From Chloroflexota bacterium (lineage in GTDB: Bacteria > Chloroflexota > UBA11872 > VXNJ01), in the NCBI GenBank assembly GCA_965261345.1, contig OZ253449.1:2016001-2080000 (forward strand): a stretch of 64,000 bases of DNA, in the 5' to 3' direction. The notes beneath the pieces were generated by a model. That model was not told the DNA's origin, ran no database searches, and saw only the letters and a program-made list of their open reading frames with translations. The number at the start of each line of letters is the position of its first letter. Position 1 is the stretch's first letter. Below are positions 30,893 through 42,172 of the stretch, in pieces. The translations under genes were made by a program, and so were the position numbers.

Positions 30893-31750
30893 GTACTGAT
30901 TGTGGGCGGCGCCACAAATGGTTGCAAGTCTGGGGGCTCAGACATCGCCGGGTCAGAGCCTGCGGGGGAGGGAGTCGGCGGAAGGCAGCCATAGGCGGCT
31001 CTGGGGGAATTTGATTGGCCCCCGCTCTGGACGCGTCAGCAATGAACATTATCTCCCGCCGCCGCGCGGCCGCACTCTAGGAGTTGGCAGCCCACCAGTG
31101 CCTAGGCCACATACCTGGCGGCAGCTGCAATTTGGTCGGAAAGGCGCCGGTGCATTCAATCCCGGCCACGCTGTTGGTCTGCAAACTAGGAAATTTGGGA
31201 CTGCGCTAACGATGGCGCCCCCGCTGCGAAAGTCGTCAGGGCAACCCGGGTTACGTCCGGGCAAAAGGTGGAACCGTCCTCGCCGGAGGCCATCGTCTAG
31301 CAATTCACAATCGGCGGATCCGAATCTCAGTCGGAGGAGTCGCTGACCCTAAATTGCCCGAATTTCAACAGCGCGGTGCGTTCACTTCAACCGCACACTT
31401 GTGGCTCAAGCACGGCCTGAAGTTGCTGTTGGTAAGTTTGAAACTTGTGGTTGGAAGCACCCCGCCCCAATGTCGAAAAATTCGGGAAAAGTCGGCAGAT
31501 GCCAGTTCGTGACAAGTAACAGCTTCGACCCGGAAAGCATTTCATTTCCCGGCAGCCCCCCACTTTGCCTCCCCAATCCTTAATGTCGGGACTCGATTCG
31601 GCGAGGCGAACGTGTCCGATGCCTCCGATCCAATGGCCCGATCCCGGCGGGACGCCGCAGCTCGCATGGGGCATCGAAATGATTGGAAATTTATTGGAGC
31701 CAAGTTGCGCCGAATAGGATGACACCACCCCAGCCAGCGGCAGATGATCC

Positions 31751-33148
31751 ATGACCAGCGAAATTGCCTTCTCAACGATTGAAGAACTCGCGCCCCGAAT
31801 TGCGGCTGGCGAACTGTCGCCGGTCGAGATGACGCAGATGCAGCTGGACCGGATTTCTACGGTCGATGGGCGGTTGAAAAGCTTTGCGACGGTCATGGCT
31901 GATTCGGCTCTGGCCGAAGCGCGGCGCGCACACGACGAGATCGCCTCTGGAAGCTATCGCGGCCCGCTGCACGGCGTGCCAATCGCGGTTAAAGATCTCT
32001 GCTACACGGCCGGTACACGGACGATGGGTGGAACCAGGGTGCTGGAAGACTTCGTGCCCGAGTTCGACTCCACTGTGGTTGCCCGTTTCCGCGCCGCCGG
32101 CGCTGTGCTGTTGGGCAAACTGAACCTAACCGAAGGCGCGATGGCTGGCTACAACCGAGCGCGTCAGGTGCCGGTAAATCCCTGGGCGGCCGACCGTTGG
32201 ACGGGCTCCTCGTCGAGCGGCTCGGGCGTCGCGACGACCGCCGGGCTCTGTTACGCGTCCCTTGGTAGTGACACCGGTGGCTCGATTCGATCACCGTCGG
32301 CCTCCTGTGGAATCGTTGGCCTCAAACCGACCTGGGGTCGCGTGAGCCGCTACGGCGTGCTAGATCTTGCGCAATCACTCGACCACGTTGGTCCGATGGC
32401 GCGTTCGACCTGGGACTGTGCTGCCGTGCTGGCGGTCATCTCCGGTGAGGATCCCAATGATGCCACCACGCTGCCCGAACCTGCGCCGGCCATGCTCGAC
32501 GCCATCGACGACGGCGTTGCCGGAATGCGGATCGGCTACGACTACCGTTACGCAACCGAGGACGTGGCCCCGTTGATCGCAAATGCCATCGCCGCGTCGG
32601 TCGAGACGCTTGCCGCGCTGGGGGCGGAGATCGTCGATGTGGAACTGCCTGACGCTCGTCCGTACATGGCGGCCTGGCCAACGCTCTGTTCGGTGGAGGC
32701 ATTGGCTGCACACTCCGGCAACTATCCCAGCCGCGCGAGCGAATACGGCGCGTGGTTTGGCGGCTGGCTCGGACTGGGCGCGTCAATTAGCGCCGTCGCG
32801 TACGCGGAGGCCTGCAATCAGCGTGCCGAGTTGACCGGCCGGCTGACCCGCGCGTTTGCGGGTATCGATATGCTCGCCTGTCCAGCCCAGCCGGCACCGC
32901 CGCACCGGATAAGCGAGGAAAAGTTGTATGACGAAATGCCCGGCAGCTATGACGCGACCAAAGCCCAGTTCACAGTCCCCTGGGACATGAATCGGGCGCC
33001 TACATTGACGCTTCCGAACGGTTGGAGCGATGAAGGTTTGCCGTTGGCCTTACAGCTCGTCGGCCAGCCGGGTAGCGAAGCGGCACTCTGCCGCGCTGGC
33101 TATGCCTATGAGCAGGCCACGGACTTCATGCGCCATCCCGATCTGTAA
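31751..33148 (+). CDS. amidase signature family enzyme
   Basis: GPLHGVPIAVKD, GSSSSGS, GSDTGGSIRSPS. Confidence 0.93.
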   Translation: MTSEIAFSTIEELAPRIAAGELSPVEMTQMQLDRISTVDGRLKSFATVMADSALAEARRAHDEIASGSYRGPLHGVPIAVKDLCYTAGTRTMGGTRVLEDFVPEFDSTVVARFRAAGAVLLGKLNLTEGAMAGYNRARQVPVNPWAADRWTGSSSSGSGVATTAGLCYASLGSDTGGSIRSPSASCGIVGLKPTWGRVSRYGVLDLAQSLDHVGPMARSTWDCAAVLAVISGEDPNDATTLPEPAPAMLDAIDDGVAGMRIGYDYRYATEDVAPLIANAIAASVETLAALGAEIVDVELPDARPYMAAWPTLCSVEALAAHSGNYPSRASEYGAWFGGWLGLGASISAVAYAEACNQRAELTGRLTRAFAGIDMLACPAQPAPPHRISEEKLYDEMPGSYDATKAQFTVPWDMNRAPTLTLPNGWSDEGLPLALQLVGQPGSEAALCRAGYAYEQATDFMRHPDL

Positions 33149-33351
33149 TGTCGCCGCCCGGCTCGATTCGGGCCGGGCGTTCACCTGCTCAGGTGACCAT
33201 GCCGGCGCGACTTTCGAGCGCCGGCCGATATCTGCCGGCCAGGCAGAGGACGCTAGCCGTTAGGTTCACGAATATGCCCTTCCACCTTCCCTTCAACAAC
33301 GGTGACCCGCGGCGATACTAGCCTCAGATGAAAACGGATGGAGAGATCGAC

Positions 33352-33852
33352 ATGAAACCACTAGAGCAAATGGCAACCAGGATTGCCGAACTACTAAAAG
33401 CGCGCGGGGATACGGTCGCGATCTGCGAGACGACCTCCGGCGGACTGGTCTCGGCAGGGCTGCTTGCGGTGCCGGGTGCATCGAGTTACTACCGGGGGGC
33501 CGCCGTCACCTACACCGGAGTGGCCCGCGTGAGGTTCCTGGGGATCGAATTAGAGGACTATCCCGGCGTCCGCTCAAGCAGCGAGCCGTACGCGCGAATC
33601 ATCGCCGAAGCAGTCCGCAAACAACTGGCCGCGACCTGGGGCATCGGCGAGACGGGAGCGGCCGGTCCGGCCGGAAATCCCTATGGGGATGCACCGGGAC
33701 ACACGTGCATCGCCATCGCCGGCCCGGTCGATTACTGCGAAACACTGGAGACCGGCCTCAACGATCGCGAAGAGAACATGTGGCTCTATGCGAAGCGCAC
33801 GCTGGCGACCTTTGAACGGGTTCTGCGCGGAGCACCACCTTCTGGAGGCTAG
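33352..33852 (+). CDS. CinA C-terminal/PncC family protein
   Basis: VAICETTSGG, VPGASSYY, ETGAAGP. Confidence 0.85.
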   Translation: MKPLEQMATRIAELLKARGDTVAICETTSGGLVSAGLLAVPGASSYYRGAAVTYTGVARVRFLGIELEDYPGVRSSSEPYARIIAEAVRKQLAATWGIGETGAAGPAGNPYGDAPGHTCIAIAGPVDYCETLETGLNDREENMWLYAKRTLATFERVLRGAPPSGG

Positions 33853-34766
33853 CGCGAGCCGGGCACGAGGCCGCGCACGGTCGTCTCGATGCTGTAGAGG
33901 CCGGTGCGGGCCGTCATGTAAAGGGTCGAGAAGTCATCACCGCCGAAGGTGATGTTGGCGGCGTGCTCGTCCATTTCAAAGACGCCGAGGTAATCGCCCC
34001 CCGCCGTGTGAGCCGAGACTCCGCCGCCGCCGGTGGTCCAGAGACGACCGTCGGCATCAACCTTCATGCCGTCCGGCCTGCCGAATCGCTCGTCCTTTGA
34101 CTGATCAACGAACAGGATGCGGTCTCCCAGCGATAGGTCGTCATTTACTTGGTAACGCCAGATAAACCTCTCCCGCGAATCGCCGATGTAAAGCGCCGAC
34201 TCGTCGGGGCTAAATGCGAGTCCGTTGGGGCGGGTAAAGCCCGTCCCAACAATCAGACTGAGCGAACCGTTAGGATCGATCCGAAAGACGCCCTCGAAAT
34301 CTAGCTCCTGCTGCTGCCCCCTGGAGCCGAGTCGCGGAGTCTTACCGTCGTCGATCCCGGCCGCGGGGTCGGTGAAGAAGACCGCGCCCGACGAGTGAAC
34401 CACGAGGTCATTGGGGCTGTTTAGTGCAAGACCATCCCAGCGATCGGCGATCGCTTCGACTTTCCCTGGCTCAGCGTACGGGGCCCTCGACACGCGGCGG
34501 CCGGCGTGTTCGCAGGCGAGCAGGTTCCCGGCGGCATCGAGCGTAAGCCCATTTGAACAGCCGCTCGGCTCGCGGTAAACCTCCGCCTCGACTTGTCCGG
34601 GACGCCAGCGATGCTGTCGGTTCCCGGGAATGTCGCTAAAAATCAGGGCGTTGTCGGCGGCGATCCAGATCGGCCCTTCGGTAAAACCGAATCCGCCGCA
34701 AAGCCGGGTCTCCTCGCCGATCAATAGGGAGGAAATGCCCGCGTCATCTTCAATTCTCAAAGTCAT
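33849..34766 (-). CDS. SMP-30/gluconolactonase family protein
   Basis: FTEGPIW, SNGL, NSPND, PNGLAFSPD, PDGMKVD. Confidence 0.92.
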   Translation of the reverse strand: MTLRIEDDAGISSLLIGEETRLCGGFGFTEGPIWIAADNALIFSDIPGNRQHRWRPGQVEAEVYREPSGCSNGLTLDAAGNLLACEHAGRRVSRAPYAEPGKVEAIADRWDGLALNSPNDLVVHSSGAVFFTDPAAGIDDGKTPRLGSRGQQQELDFEGVFRIDPNGSLSLIVGTGFTRPNGLAFSPDESALYIGDSRERFIWRYQVNDDLSLGDRILFVDQSKDERFGRPDGMKVDADGRLWTTGGGGVSAHTAGGDYLGVFEMDEHAANITFGGDDFSTLYMTARTGLYSIETTVRGLVPGSR

Positions 34767-35010
34767 GCTCCGTCGCCGAAAGAACCTAGCGCATTGCCAG
34801 CAGAGGTCGTGTGATCATGTTCCGGTAATTTTCGGGGTGGGGCCCCATTCGATTCGCACGCCCCTTCCCGATTACATTTGTCCTCGCCCGATTGAATCGA
34901 ATGCTTCCAATGCCAGGCCACAGAAGGATCCGCTCAAAGTTGCGCCTATCCGCGTCCAAGCTACAGTAGCCCTGCGACTGTTGACGGACATTAGTTTTCG
35001 CACACAGGTG

Positions 35011-36217
35011 TGTCGATCCTCAGCGACTATGTCAGTGAACGGGTTCGCGTAATTCTTGCCGGATGACGTCACCGGCATGCTTGTTGATGGCGCCTTTGCG
35101 GCGGGTTCGGTTCCGCGGCGGCGCGGTCGCCTTGACGTACTTGCGTACCCTATGCCGCAATATCCCGGGCGCTAATGCGATGTCCGTAATGTTCAAGCCC
35201 TTGGCCTTGGCCGCCTGCACCGCTTTCCAACCCTCCACCTGGCGGGTGGTAGGCGGGCGCCGTCGAGCCCGACCGGCGGCGATGCGCCGCCTTGACCGTT
35301 TCTTTACCGACATCACCTCGGGCAGCTGCGCGACCTTTGCAAGCTGGCGTTCCAGCTGATCCGGAGCCGCATCAGCCCCGGTTTGGGCGGGACAAGCTGT
35401 GACGGTATGATCCCGCCCCGGCCGGCCACCTGCCAGTCGTATCTGACGGTGTTGTCGCGGGCGACCCGGCGAGAGTGTCTAAAGCAGTGCACTTGATCGA
35501 CGTCAAGATCGGGATCGAGCGAGCGGTAAGCGGTCCGCGATTGCGCGGGTGCTACTGCAAACTGCCGGTTAAAGCGCTCTAAGAACCGGGTAAACAGGTA
35601 ATTGGCGCCGGCCAGGGTGCTCACCCCGACCAATCTCAATTTAAGTGACCAGGCGGTCCTGGAGGGTCCCGGCTGCTCTTTCGACTCCTCCCTTGTCCTG
35701 GGCAGAGCCGGCAAATACCTGGCCTATCCCACGTTCCCGCATTGCGCGGGCGAACTGGGTTGCCCCTTCGGCCTGCTTTGGCTGCCCCGACGAGATAGCG
35801 GGTACGAACACGCTGTGGCGGTCGCTGTAGAGCGCCAGGGGGAGGCCGTAACTGCTGATCAGACCGCAGAGCAGCTCAAAGTACCCGCAGGTGTCTTCAT
35901 CGGGTCCAAAATGTGCCGCTACCACCTTGCCGGTGGCGTTATCTACCGCCAGGTGCACGGCGAACTGGGGATGCTCACCCCTCAGCCAGCGACGGTGGCT
36001 GCCGTCGATCTGGACCGGCATCCCTTCCCTGGGCATGCGCTCGCGTCGTACCCGGTATCGGGGGCGACGGCGCGGGCTCCTTATTCCGGCGGCGTTGAGG
36101 ATGCGCCTTAGGGTCTGGCGGCTCAGATCGATGCCCTCGCGTTCCCGGAGCAGTTCGGCCAGGTGGGTGTGGTTTGGCGTCCGGGTAGCGGTCGCGGGCC
36201 AGTTCGATTAGCCCGGC
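35011..36217 (-). mobile_element. degraded IS1202-like (ISNCY) element: 5'-truncated, multiply frameshifted DDE transposase with downstream terminus
   Basis: Fragments NHTHLAELL, REGMPVQIDGS, AVDNATG, LYSDRHSVF, KGGVER, RRVARDNTVRY; end repeats TGAC... terminating in ...GATCGACA at 35011. Confidence 0.8.
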
Positions 36218-36231
36218 GCCGGGCTAATCGA
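36204..36231. repeat. perfect 28-bp palindrome at transposase truncation point
   Basis: TCGATTAGCCCGGC|GCCGGGCTAATCGA. Confidence 0.9.
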
Positions 36232-36378
36232 GGATTTCGACCGCGTCGAAAAAGACCAAAGGTTGCGCGGGCGCCATCAATAAAGATAAAGAATCGGTCC
36301 GCCGCAACTGGCCCGTCAGGGTGGCACGTCTGTGCTTAAGGCAATATCGACCCGGACCCGCTTGCCGGACCACTGCCA

Positions 36379-37878
36379 GTGCCCGACTCCCGACCCAACA
36401 TCGTCCTGATCATCACCGACCAGCAGCGCTTCGACACCATCGCCGCGCTGGGCTCTCCCTGGATGGACGCCCCCAACCTTGACCGGCTGGCCAACGAAGG
36501 GGTTGTATTATCCAATGTCCACGTCAACGCCCCGGTCTGCGGACCGGCCCGCGCCTCGCTGTTCTCCGGGATGAATCCGCACAACACCGGGGTGCTGCGC
36601 AATGATTCGATCTGGAGCGAATGCTGGGTCCAGGACCTGGCCGATAGCGGTTATCACTGCGTCAACATCGGCAAGATGCACACTGGTCCCTACACCGCGC
36701 CGCTGGGATTCCACGAACGCTACGTGGTCGAGAACAAGGATCGTTTCGGGGGTCCGCTCAAGTTCTTCGACGAGCTGGACAAGGCCATCATGGCCCACAA
36801 CCTGGAAAAACCCAACCGCTACACCTACCGCCGCGACAATCCCGACTGGCAGGAGCGGCTGGGGGCCTACCCGTGGCCGCTGCCGGACCACCTGCATCCC
36901 GATGAGTTCGTCGGCGATTCGGTGGTGCGCTGGCTCGATAACAGCGCCGCCATGCAGCCGCTGCCGCAGCCGCTGTTTCTCGAGATCGGATTCCCTGGCC
37001 CGCACCCGCCGTTTGATCCCCTGCCAGCGGTGGCCGAAAAGTACATGCAGCGCGAGTTCCCAATACTCGAGGTCACCGAGCAGGAAATGCAGGCCCAGCC
37101 CGAGGGACTAAAGCGGATGCGCGAGTTCTTCGAATCCCACGACATCGACGCCGTAGTCCACGATTCGCGCGCCAGCCACGAACGGCGCCACCGCCAGCGA
37201 GCCTACTACCTGGCAAACTGCGAGATGATCGACCGCAAGGTCGGGCAGATCCTGGATGCGCTGGAGAACCATGAACTGCTGTCGGATTCGATCGTGATCT
37301 TCACCTCCGACCACGGTGAGAGCCTGGGGGATCACGGGATGTACGCAAAGTGGAACATGTACGACTGCGTCACCCGCGTTCCGACGCTGGTCTGGGCGCC
37401 CGGGCGCTTTGCCGGAGGGCGCACGATCGACGATCTCTACAGCTGGTTCGATCTGGGCCCGACGGTCCTGGAACTGGCCGGCCTTGAACCGCCCGACCAC
37501 TTCGAAGCCATCAGCATGCTTTCGCAGCTTGATGGCCAAGAAGGCGCGACCGGGCGCACGGAGGTCTTTTCCGAGGTCGCCCGCGACAGCGTAATGAACG
37601 CGATCGAATACCAGATGATGCTGCGCACCCGTAACTACAAGTGCGTCGAGTACCTGGGCGAGGAGCGGGGACTGCTGTTTGATTTGAGGAACGACCCCGA
37701 GGAGCTGGTCAATCTCTGGGACGACCCCGATCAAGCCGAGCGGCGCGAACAGATGCTGGCGCGCATTCATGGCTGGTTCATCAGTTCGGTGGCGGGCTCC
37801 GCGCGCCGCAACGTCCAATGGAGCATCGGCGACTTTCGGCGCCTCCGCCTCGGCGAAAACGACTCCGACCCGGAATGA
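36379..37878 (+). CDS. Cys-type sulfatase
   Basis: [17 protein letters not shown] (CxPxR), [23 protein letters not shown]. Confidence 0.93.
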   Translation: MPDSRPNIVLIITDQQRFDTIAALGSPWMDAPNLDRLANEGVVLSNVHVNAPVCGPARASLFSGMNPHNTGVLRNDSIWSECWVQDLADSGYHCVNIGKMHTGPYTAPLGFHERYVVENKDRFGGPLKFFDELDKAIMAHNLEKPNRYTYRRDNPDWQERLGAYPWPLPDHLHPDEFVGDSVVRWLDNSAAMQPLPQPLFLEIGFPGPHPPFDPLPAVAEKYMQREFPILEVTEQEMQAQPEGLKRMREFFESHDIDAVVHDSRASHERRHRQRAYYLANCEMIDRKVGQILDALENHELLSDSIVIFTSDHGESLGDHGMYAKWNMYDCVTRVPTLVWAPGRFAGGRTIDDLYSWFDLGPTVLELAGLEPPDHFEAISMLSQLDGQEGATGRTEVFSEVARDSVMNAIEYQMMLRTRNYKCVEYLGEERGLLFDLRNDPEELVNLWDDPDQAERREQMLARIHGWFISSVAGSARRNVQWSIGDFRRLRLGENDSDPE

Positions 37879-38963
37879 GCAACACCTTCGGCGGCGCCTT
37901 CCGGATAACCACCCGGCGCGAATCGCATGGTGAGGCCATCGGGGCGGTAATCGACGGATGCCCGGCGCGGCTGGAGCTGAGCGTCGAAGACATCCGGCCG
38001 GACCTGGACCGGCGCCGCCCGGGCCAGGGCCGCATAACCACCCAGCGCCGCGAGGACGATCGGGCCGAGACTTTATCCGGCGTGTTCGAAGGCCGCACCT
38101 TGGGTACCCTGATCTCGATCGTGGTCTGAAACCGTGCCGCGCGCGGCACGGACTGCGAGTACATGCGGCGGATCTACCGTCCCTCGCACGCCGACTACAT
38201 CTACCAGGCCAAGTACGGCATCCGCAACTGGCGCGGCGGCGGCCGGGCGTCGGCGCGCGAGACGATCGGGCGGGTTGCGGCCGGAGCGAGGGCGCGCAAG
38301 CTCCTGTTGACGCGCTACGGGATCGAGGTCGTCGCCTACGTAAAGTAGGTGGCTGAGATCGATTCGCCGGTTGATCGCGACAGCGTCAGCCGCGAGGTGA
38401 TCGACGCCGGCGCGACCCGGGTCCCTGATCTGGACGCAGCCGACCGGATCTATCAGCGCACCGACCGCGCCCGCAAGGACGGCGATTCGCTCGGCGGGAT
38501 GGTCGAATATGTCTGCCGCGGGGTGCCGCCGGGGCCGGGCGAGCCGGTGTTTGCAAAACTCGACGGCGAGCTGGCCCGGGCGAGACTCTCGCTGCCGGCC
38601 GCCAAGAGTTTTGAAATCGGCTCGGGGTTTGCGGGCACCCGCCTCTCGGGGATAACCCACAACGACGAGTTCTACGTGCAGGGCGACCGTGTCAGGACCC
38701 GCAGCAACCGCTCCGGCGGGATCCAAGGCGGGATGTCCAACGGCGAGGACAACGTCGGGCGGGTGGCGTTCAAATCGACCGCCACGATCCTCAAGCCCCA
38801 GCGGACGGTGGACGAGGACGGCAATGATGTCGAATTCGGCAGGCGCGGGCGCCACGACCCCTGCGTCCTGCCGCGCGCGGTTCCGATCGTGGAGGCGATG
38901 TGCACCCTGCTGCTGGCCGACCAGGCGCTAAGGCGGTTCGCCCAGAATCGATTCCTGGGCTGA
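37875..38963 (+). pseudogene. aroC: chorismate synthase with two in-frame nonsense codons (TGA 38127, TAG 38346)
   Basis: [50 protein letters not shown] all in one frame. Confidence 0.92.
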
Positions 38964-39457
38964 TGAGCGTTGCGCCGGCGGCGCTGGCCTACGCTTCGCG
39001 CAAAGCGGTCTCGCCGCTGGTGCTCTTCCGCCTCAACATCTACTGGTTGGGGCTCTCGCTGCTTTGGGGTGGGTTCGCGATTGTCTACCTGCCCGACCGG
39101 GTGGAGGCGCTGGTTGGACCCGAAATCAAGGGGAACATACTGGGGCTGATCACCGTCGTCGGGGTCTCGAGCGCGGTCCTGGTGCAGCCCCCTGGCCGGG
39201 GGGAATCTTCGACCGCGCCTGGTCGCGCTGGGGGCGGCGCCGGCCGATGCTCCTGGGCGGCGCGCTGCTGACAACCGTGTTCGTGCTGCTGATGTCGCCG
39301 ACGGCGACCTACCAGGCGCCGCTGGCTTTGATTCTCTGCCAGCAGGTCTCGGAGAACTTCTCGCGCGCGGCCATCAAGGGCGTGCTGCCCGACCTGGTGG
39401 GAACCAACCAGATGGCGCGCGGCATCCTCGATTAATGGGATTCTCAGCATCGGTGGC
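38963..39457 (+). pseudogene. MFS transporter, 5' part (frameshifted, interrupted)
   Basis: TM segments, DR..SRWGRRRP motif, LPDLV; coupled to aroC stop (TGATG). Confidence 0.8.
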
Positions 39458-39556
39458 CCCGATGACGGTGCCACCGCGGGTGGACCGCCGGCCAGCCGGC
39501 CGGCGCTCTCGGTGGAAACTCCGGCCGGCAGCGGCAGCAATCCGACGACCGCCGCC
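39452..39556. repeat. 105-bp inverted repeat, left copy (partner 42173-42277)
   Basis: Reverse-complement match with 3 mismatches by manual alignment. Confidence 0.92.
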
Positions 39557-39606
39557 CCACCGCAATATGCCTGGGCTCGCCCCAATCCACAACTGCCGGC
39601 TGGGCC

Positions 39607-40683
39607 CTATTCGGACTCCTCCGATGAGGAGGCCAGGCCGGCGGTGCCAAACCGCTGCGGATTGCGGTTCCAGGGGTTCCAGTTGCCAATAGCGGGAGCT
39701 CTTATCTCATCGGCGACGTTGCGCAGGTAGGCTTCGTCCGAGATCGCTGTCACCTCGGCGTAGAGCTCCGGGCTCAGCTTCCACTCCGCCGCGCGTGCGG
39801 CGTCGTTGACCTCGCCCGGGGTGCGGAAACCAACCAAGGCGGTGGTTACGACCTCGTGCGAGAGCACCCAGGCCATTGCCAGATCCGGCAGGGTGTGACC
39901 CTCGCGCTCGGCGATCGCGCGCATCCGGTGCTGGGTCGCAACGTTGAGCGCAAAGTGCTTGTCGCGGTCAAAGAACGGCATCCCGAAGGCGTGGCCCGTG
40001 GCCCGCCAGTCCCCGGATTCGAACTCGTAGGCGTCGGTCATGGCGCCCGAAAGCAGGCCGTGCGCTAGCGAGCCGTAGCTCATGATCCCAACCCCGTTCT
40101 GCTCGCACCAGGGCATCACGCCACGCTCGATGCGGCGTTCCAGCATCGAGTAGCCCATCTGGTTGGCAACGATGTCCAGATGTTTCTTGCATTCCTTCAG
40201 CATCTCGGGCATGAAGTTCGAGACCCCGGCATAGCGGATCTTGCCGGCCTTCTGCAGTTCTTCCAGAGCCCGCATCGTCTCCTCGAAGGGCGTATCCACA
40301 TCAGGCCAGTGGACCAGCAGCAGGTCGATGTAATCGGTCTGCAGGTTCCGAAGGCTTTGTTCGCTGGATTTGAGGACACCGGCGCGAGTGCCGTTGCGCT
40401 CAACTCGTTTCACCTCGTCGTTCCAGGCGATCCCGCACTTGGTGACGATCACCACCTGGTCACGAATCGGCTTTAACGCCGCCCCCATGACCCGCTCGGA
40501 GTGCCCCACACCGTAGGCGGCGGCGTTATCAAAGCAGGTCACGCCCAGCGCATGAGCGCGCCGCACCGCGTCCTGGCCCTCGCTGTCGTCGACCTCGCCG
40601 TGATTTGTGCCGCCCATCGGCCAGCCGCCAAAGCCGACCGCCGAGACCTCAAGGTCCGAATCTCCGAATTTGCGGTATTCCAT
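39607..40683 (-). CDS. aldo/keto reductase (paralog 1)
   Basis: VGFGGW, FDNA.AYG, TKCG, LQTDYIDL..HWPD, GVSNF. Confidence 0.93.
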   Translation of the reverse strand: MEYRKFGDSDLEVSAVGFGGWPMGGTNHGEVDDSEGQDAVRRAHALGVTCFDNAAAYGVGHSERVMGAALKPIRDQVVIVTKCGIAWNDEVKRVERNGTRAGVLKSSEQSLRNLQTDYIDLLLVHWPDVDTPFEETMRALEELQKAGKIRYAGVSNFMPEMLKECKKHLDIVANQMGYSMLERRIERGVMPWCEQNGVGIMSYGSLAHGLLSGAMTDAYEFESGDWRATGHAFGMPFFDRDKHFALNVATQHRMRAIAEREGHTLPDLAMAWVLSHEVVTTALVGFRTPGEVNDAARAAEWKLSPELYAEVTAISDEAYLRNVADEIRAPAIGNWNPWNRNPQRFGTAGLASSSEESE

Positions 40684-40922
40684 GGTTATCCGTTCGATTC
40701 CTTGGACCGGCACCAATCGGGCGCTGGCGCTGCGTTCATGCCGCCCGTTTTCAACAATTCCGAGTCACGCTCGAAGCCGCCATCGCTGGGCCGCCAACCT
40801 CCGTGACCCTCCGGCCATGGCATCTGCACCGGAACTGCCACTGCGACCGCAAAGGTCGGGTCGGGGCCAAAGCCATCGGCTGGGCCGCCGGCGATGGGCT
40901 CCTCGCGCAATGTCGCGCCGAC

Positions 40923-41963
40923 CTACGCAAACTTCTCCGGGTTGGGGTTCCAGGCGTTCCGGGTGCCGATCGCCGGAGCCATCAGCTCATCGGCGACGAG
41001 GCGCTGAAAGGCCTCGTCCGAGATCGCGGTTACCTCGGCATAGAGCTCCGGACTCAGCTTCCATTCGGCCGCGCGCGCGGCGTCGTCGACCTCGCCCGGG
41101 GTGCGGAAACCAACCAGGGCGGTGGTGACGACCTCGTGCGAGAGCACCCAGGCCATTGCCAGATCCGGCAGGGTGTGACCCTCGCGCTCGGCGATCGCGC
41201 GCAGCCGGTTCTGGGTCGCAACGTTGAGCGCAAAGTGCTTCTCGCGGTCAAAAGTTGGCAAGCCGAACGCGTGTCCGGCGGCGCGCCAGTCCCTGGGATG
41301 GAACTCGTGTTCGGAGGTCATGGCGCCCGAGAGCAGGCCATGTGCCAGCGAACCATAGCTCATGATGCCGATCTTGTTTTCCTCGCACCATGCCTTAACG
41401 TCGCGCTCAATGCGGCGCTCCAGCATCGAGTAGCCCATCTGATTGGCCACGATTCCAAGGTGCTTGCGGCACTCATCCAGCATCTCGGGCATGAAGTTGG
41501 AGACCCCGGCATAGCGGATCTTGCCGGCTTTTTGCAACTCCTCCAGAGCCCGCATCGTCTCCTCGAAGGGCGTATCCACATCGGGCCAGTGGATCAGCAG
41601 CAGGTCGATGTAATCGGTCTGCAGGTTCTTCAAGCTGCGCTCGCAGGATTCGAGCACGTGCTGCCGGGTGCCGTTGCGCTCCATCCGTTTTTCTTCGTCG
41701 TTCCAGGCGATCCCGCACTTGGTCACGACCACCACCTCGTCGCGGATGGGCTTGAGCGCCGCCCCCATGACCCGCTCGGAGTGCCCCAGCCCGTAGCCGG
41801 CGGCGTTGTCAAAGCAGGTCACGCCCAGCTCATGAGCGTGCCGCACTGCGTCCTGGCCCTCGCTGTCGTCGACCTCGCCGTAGTTTGTGCCGCCCATCGG
41901 CCAGCCGCCGAAGCCGACAACCGAAACCGCGAGATCCGAATCTCCGAATTTGCGGTATTCCAT
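40923..41963 (-). CDS. aldo/keto reductase (paralog 2)
   Basis: Same motifs; long stretches identical to paralog 1. Confidence 0.93.
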   Translation of the reverse strand: MEYRKFGDSDLAVSVVGFGGWPMGGTNYGEVDDSEGQDAVRHAHELGVTCFDNAAGYGLGHSERVMGAALKPIRDEVVVVTKCGIAWNDEEKRMERNGTRQHVLESCERSLKNLQTDYIDLLLIHWPDVDTPFEETMRALEELQKAGKIRYAGVSNFMPEMLDECRKHLGIVANQMGYSMLERRIERDVKAWCEENKIGIMSYGSLAHGLLSGAMTSEHEFHPRDWRAAGHAFGLPTFDREKHFALNVATQNRLRAIAEREGHTLPDLAMAWVLSHEVVTTALVGFRTPGEVDDAARAAEWKLSPELYAEVTAISDEAFQRLVADELMAPAIGTRNAWNPNPEKFA

Positions 41964-42172
41964 GGTTATCCGTTCAATTCCTTAGGACCGGCACCTATCG
42001 GGCGCCGGCGCTGCGTTGATGTCGCCCATTTTCGACAAATCCGGGCCCGTATCATCCCATCGCAAACTTCCCCGCAGCGCCGCCGCCGCCATGATCGCGC
42101 TGATGCCGCGGATGCTGCTGCTGGGAGCCTCCAGAGTGCGGCTGGCGGCGCTCTTATACATTTCCTTTATCT

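Noticed and set aside
38127-38348. Stop-codon recoding (Sec, Pyl or alternative code) in aroC
   Set aside because: TGA and TAG are ordinary stops in many other genes here, and neighbouring genes are also decayed.
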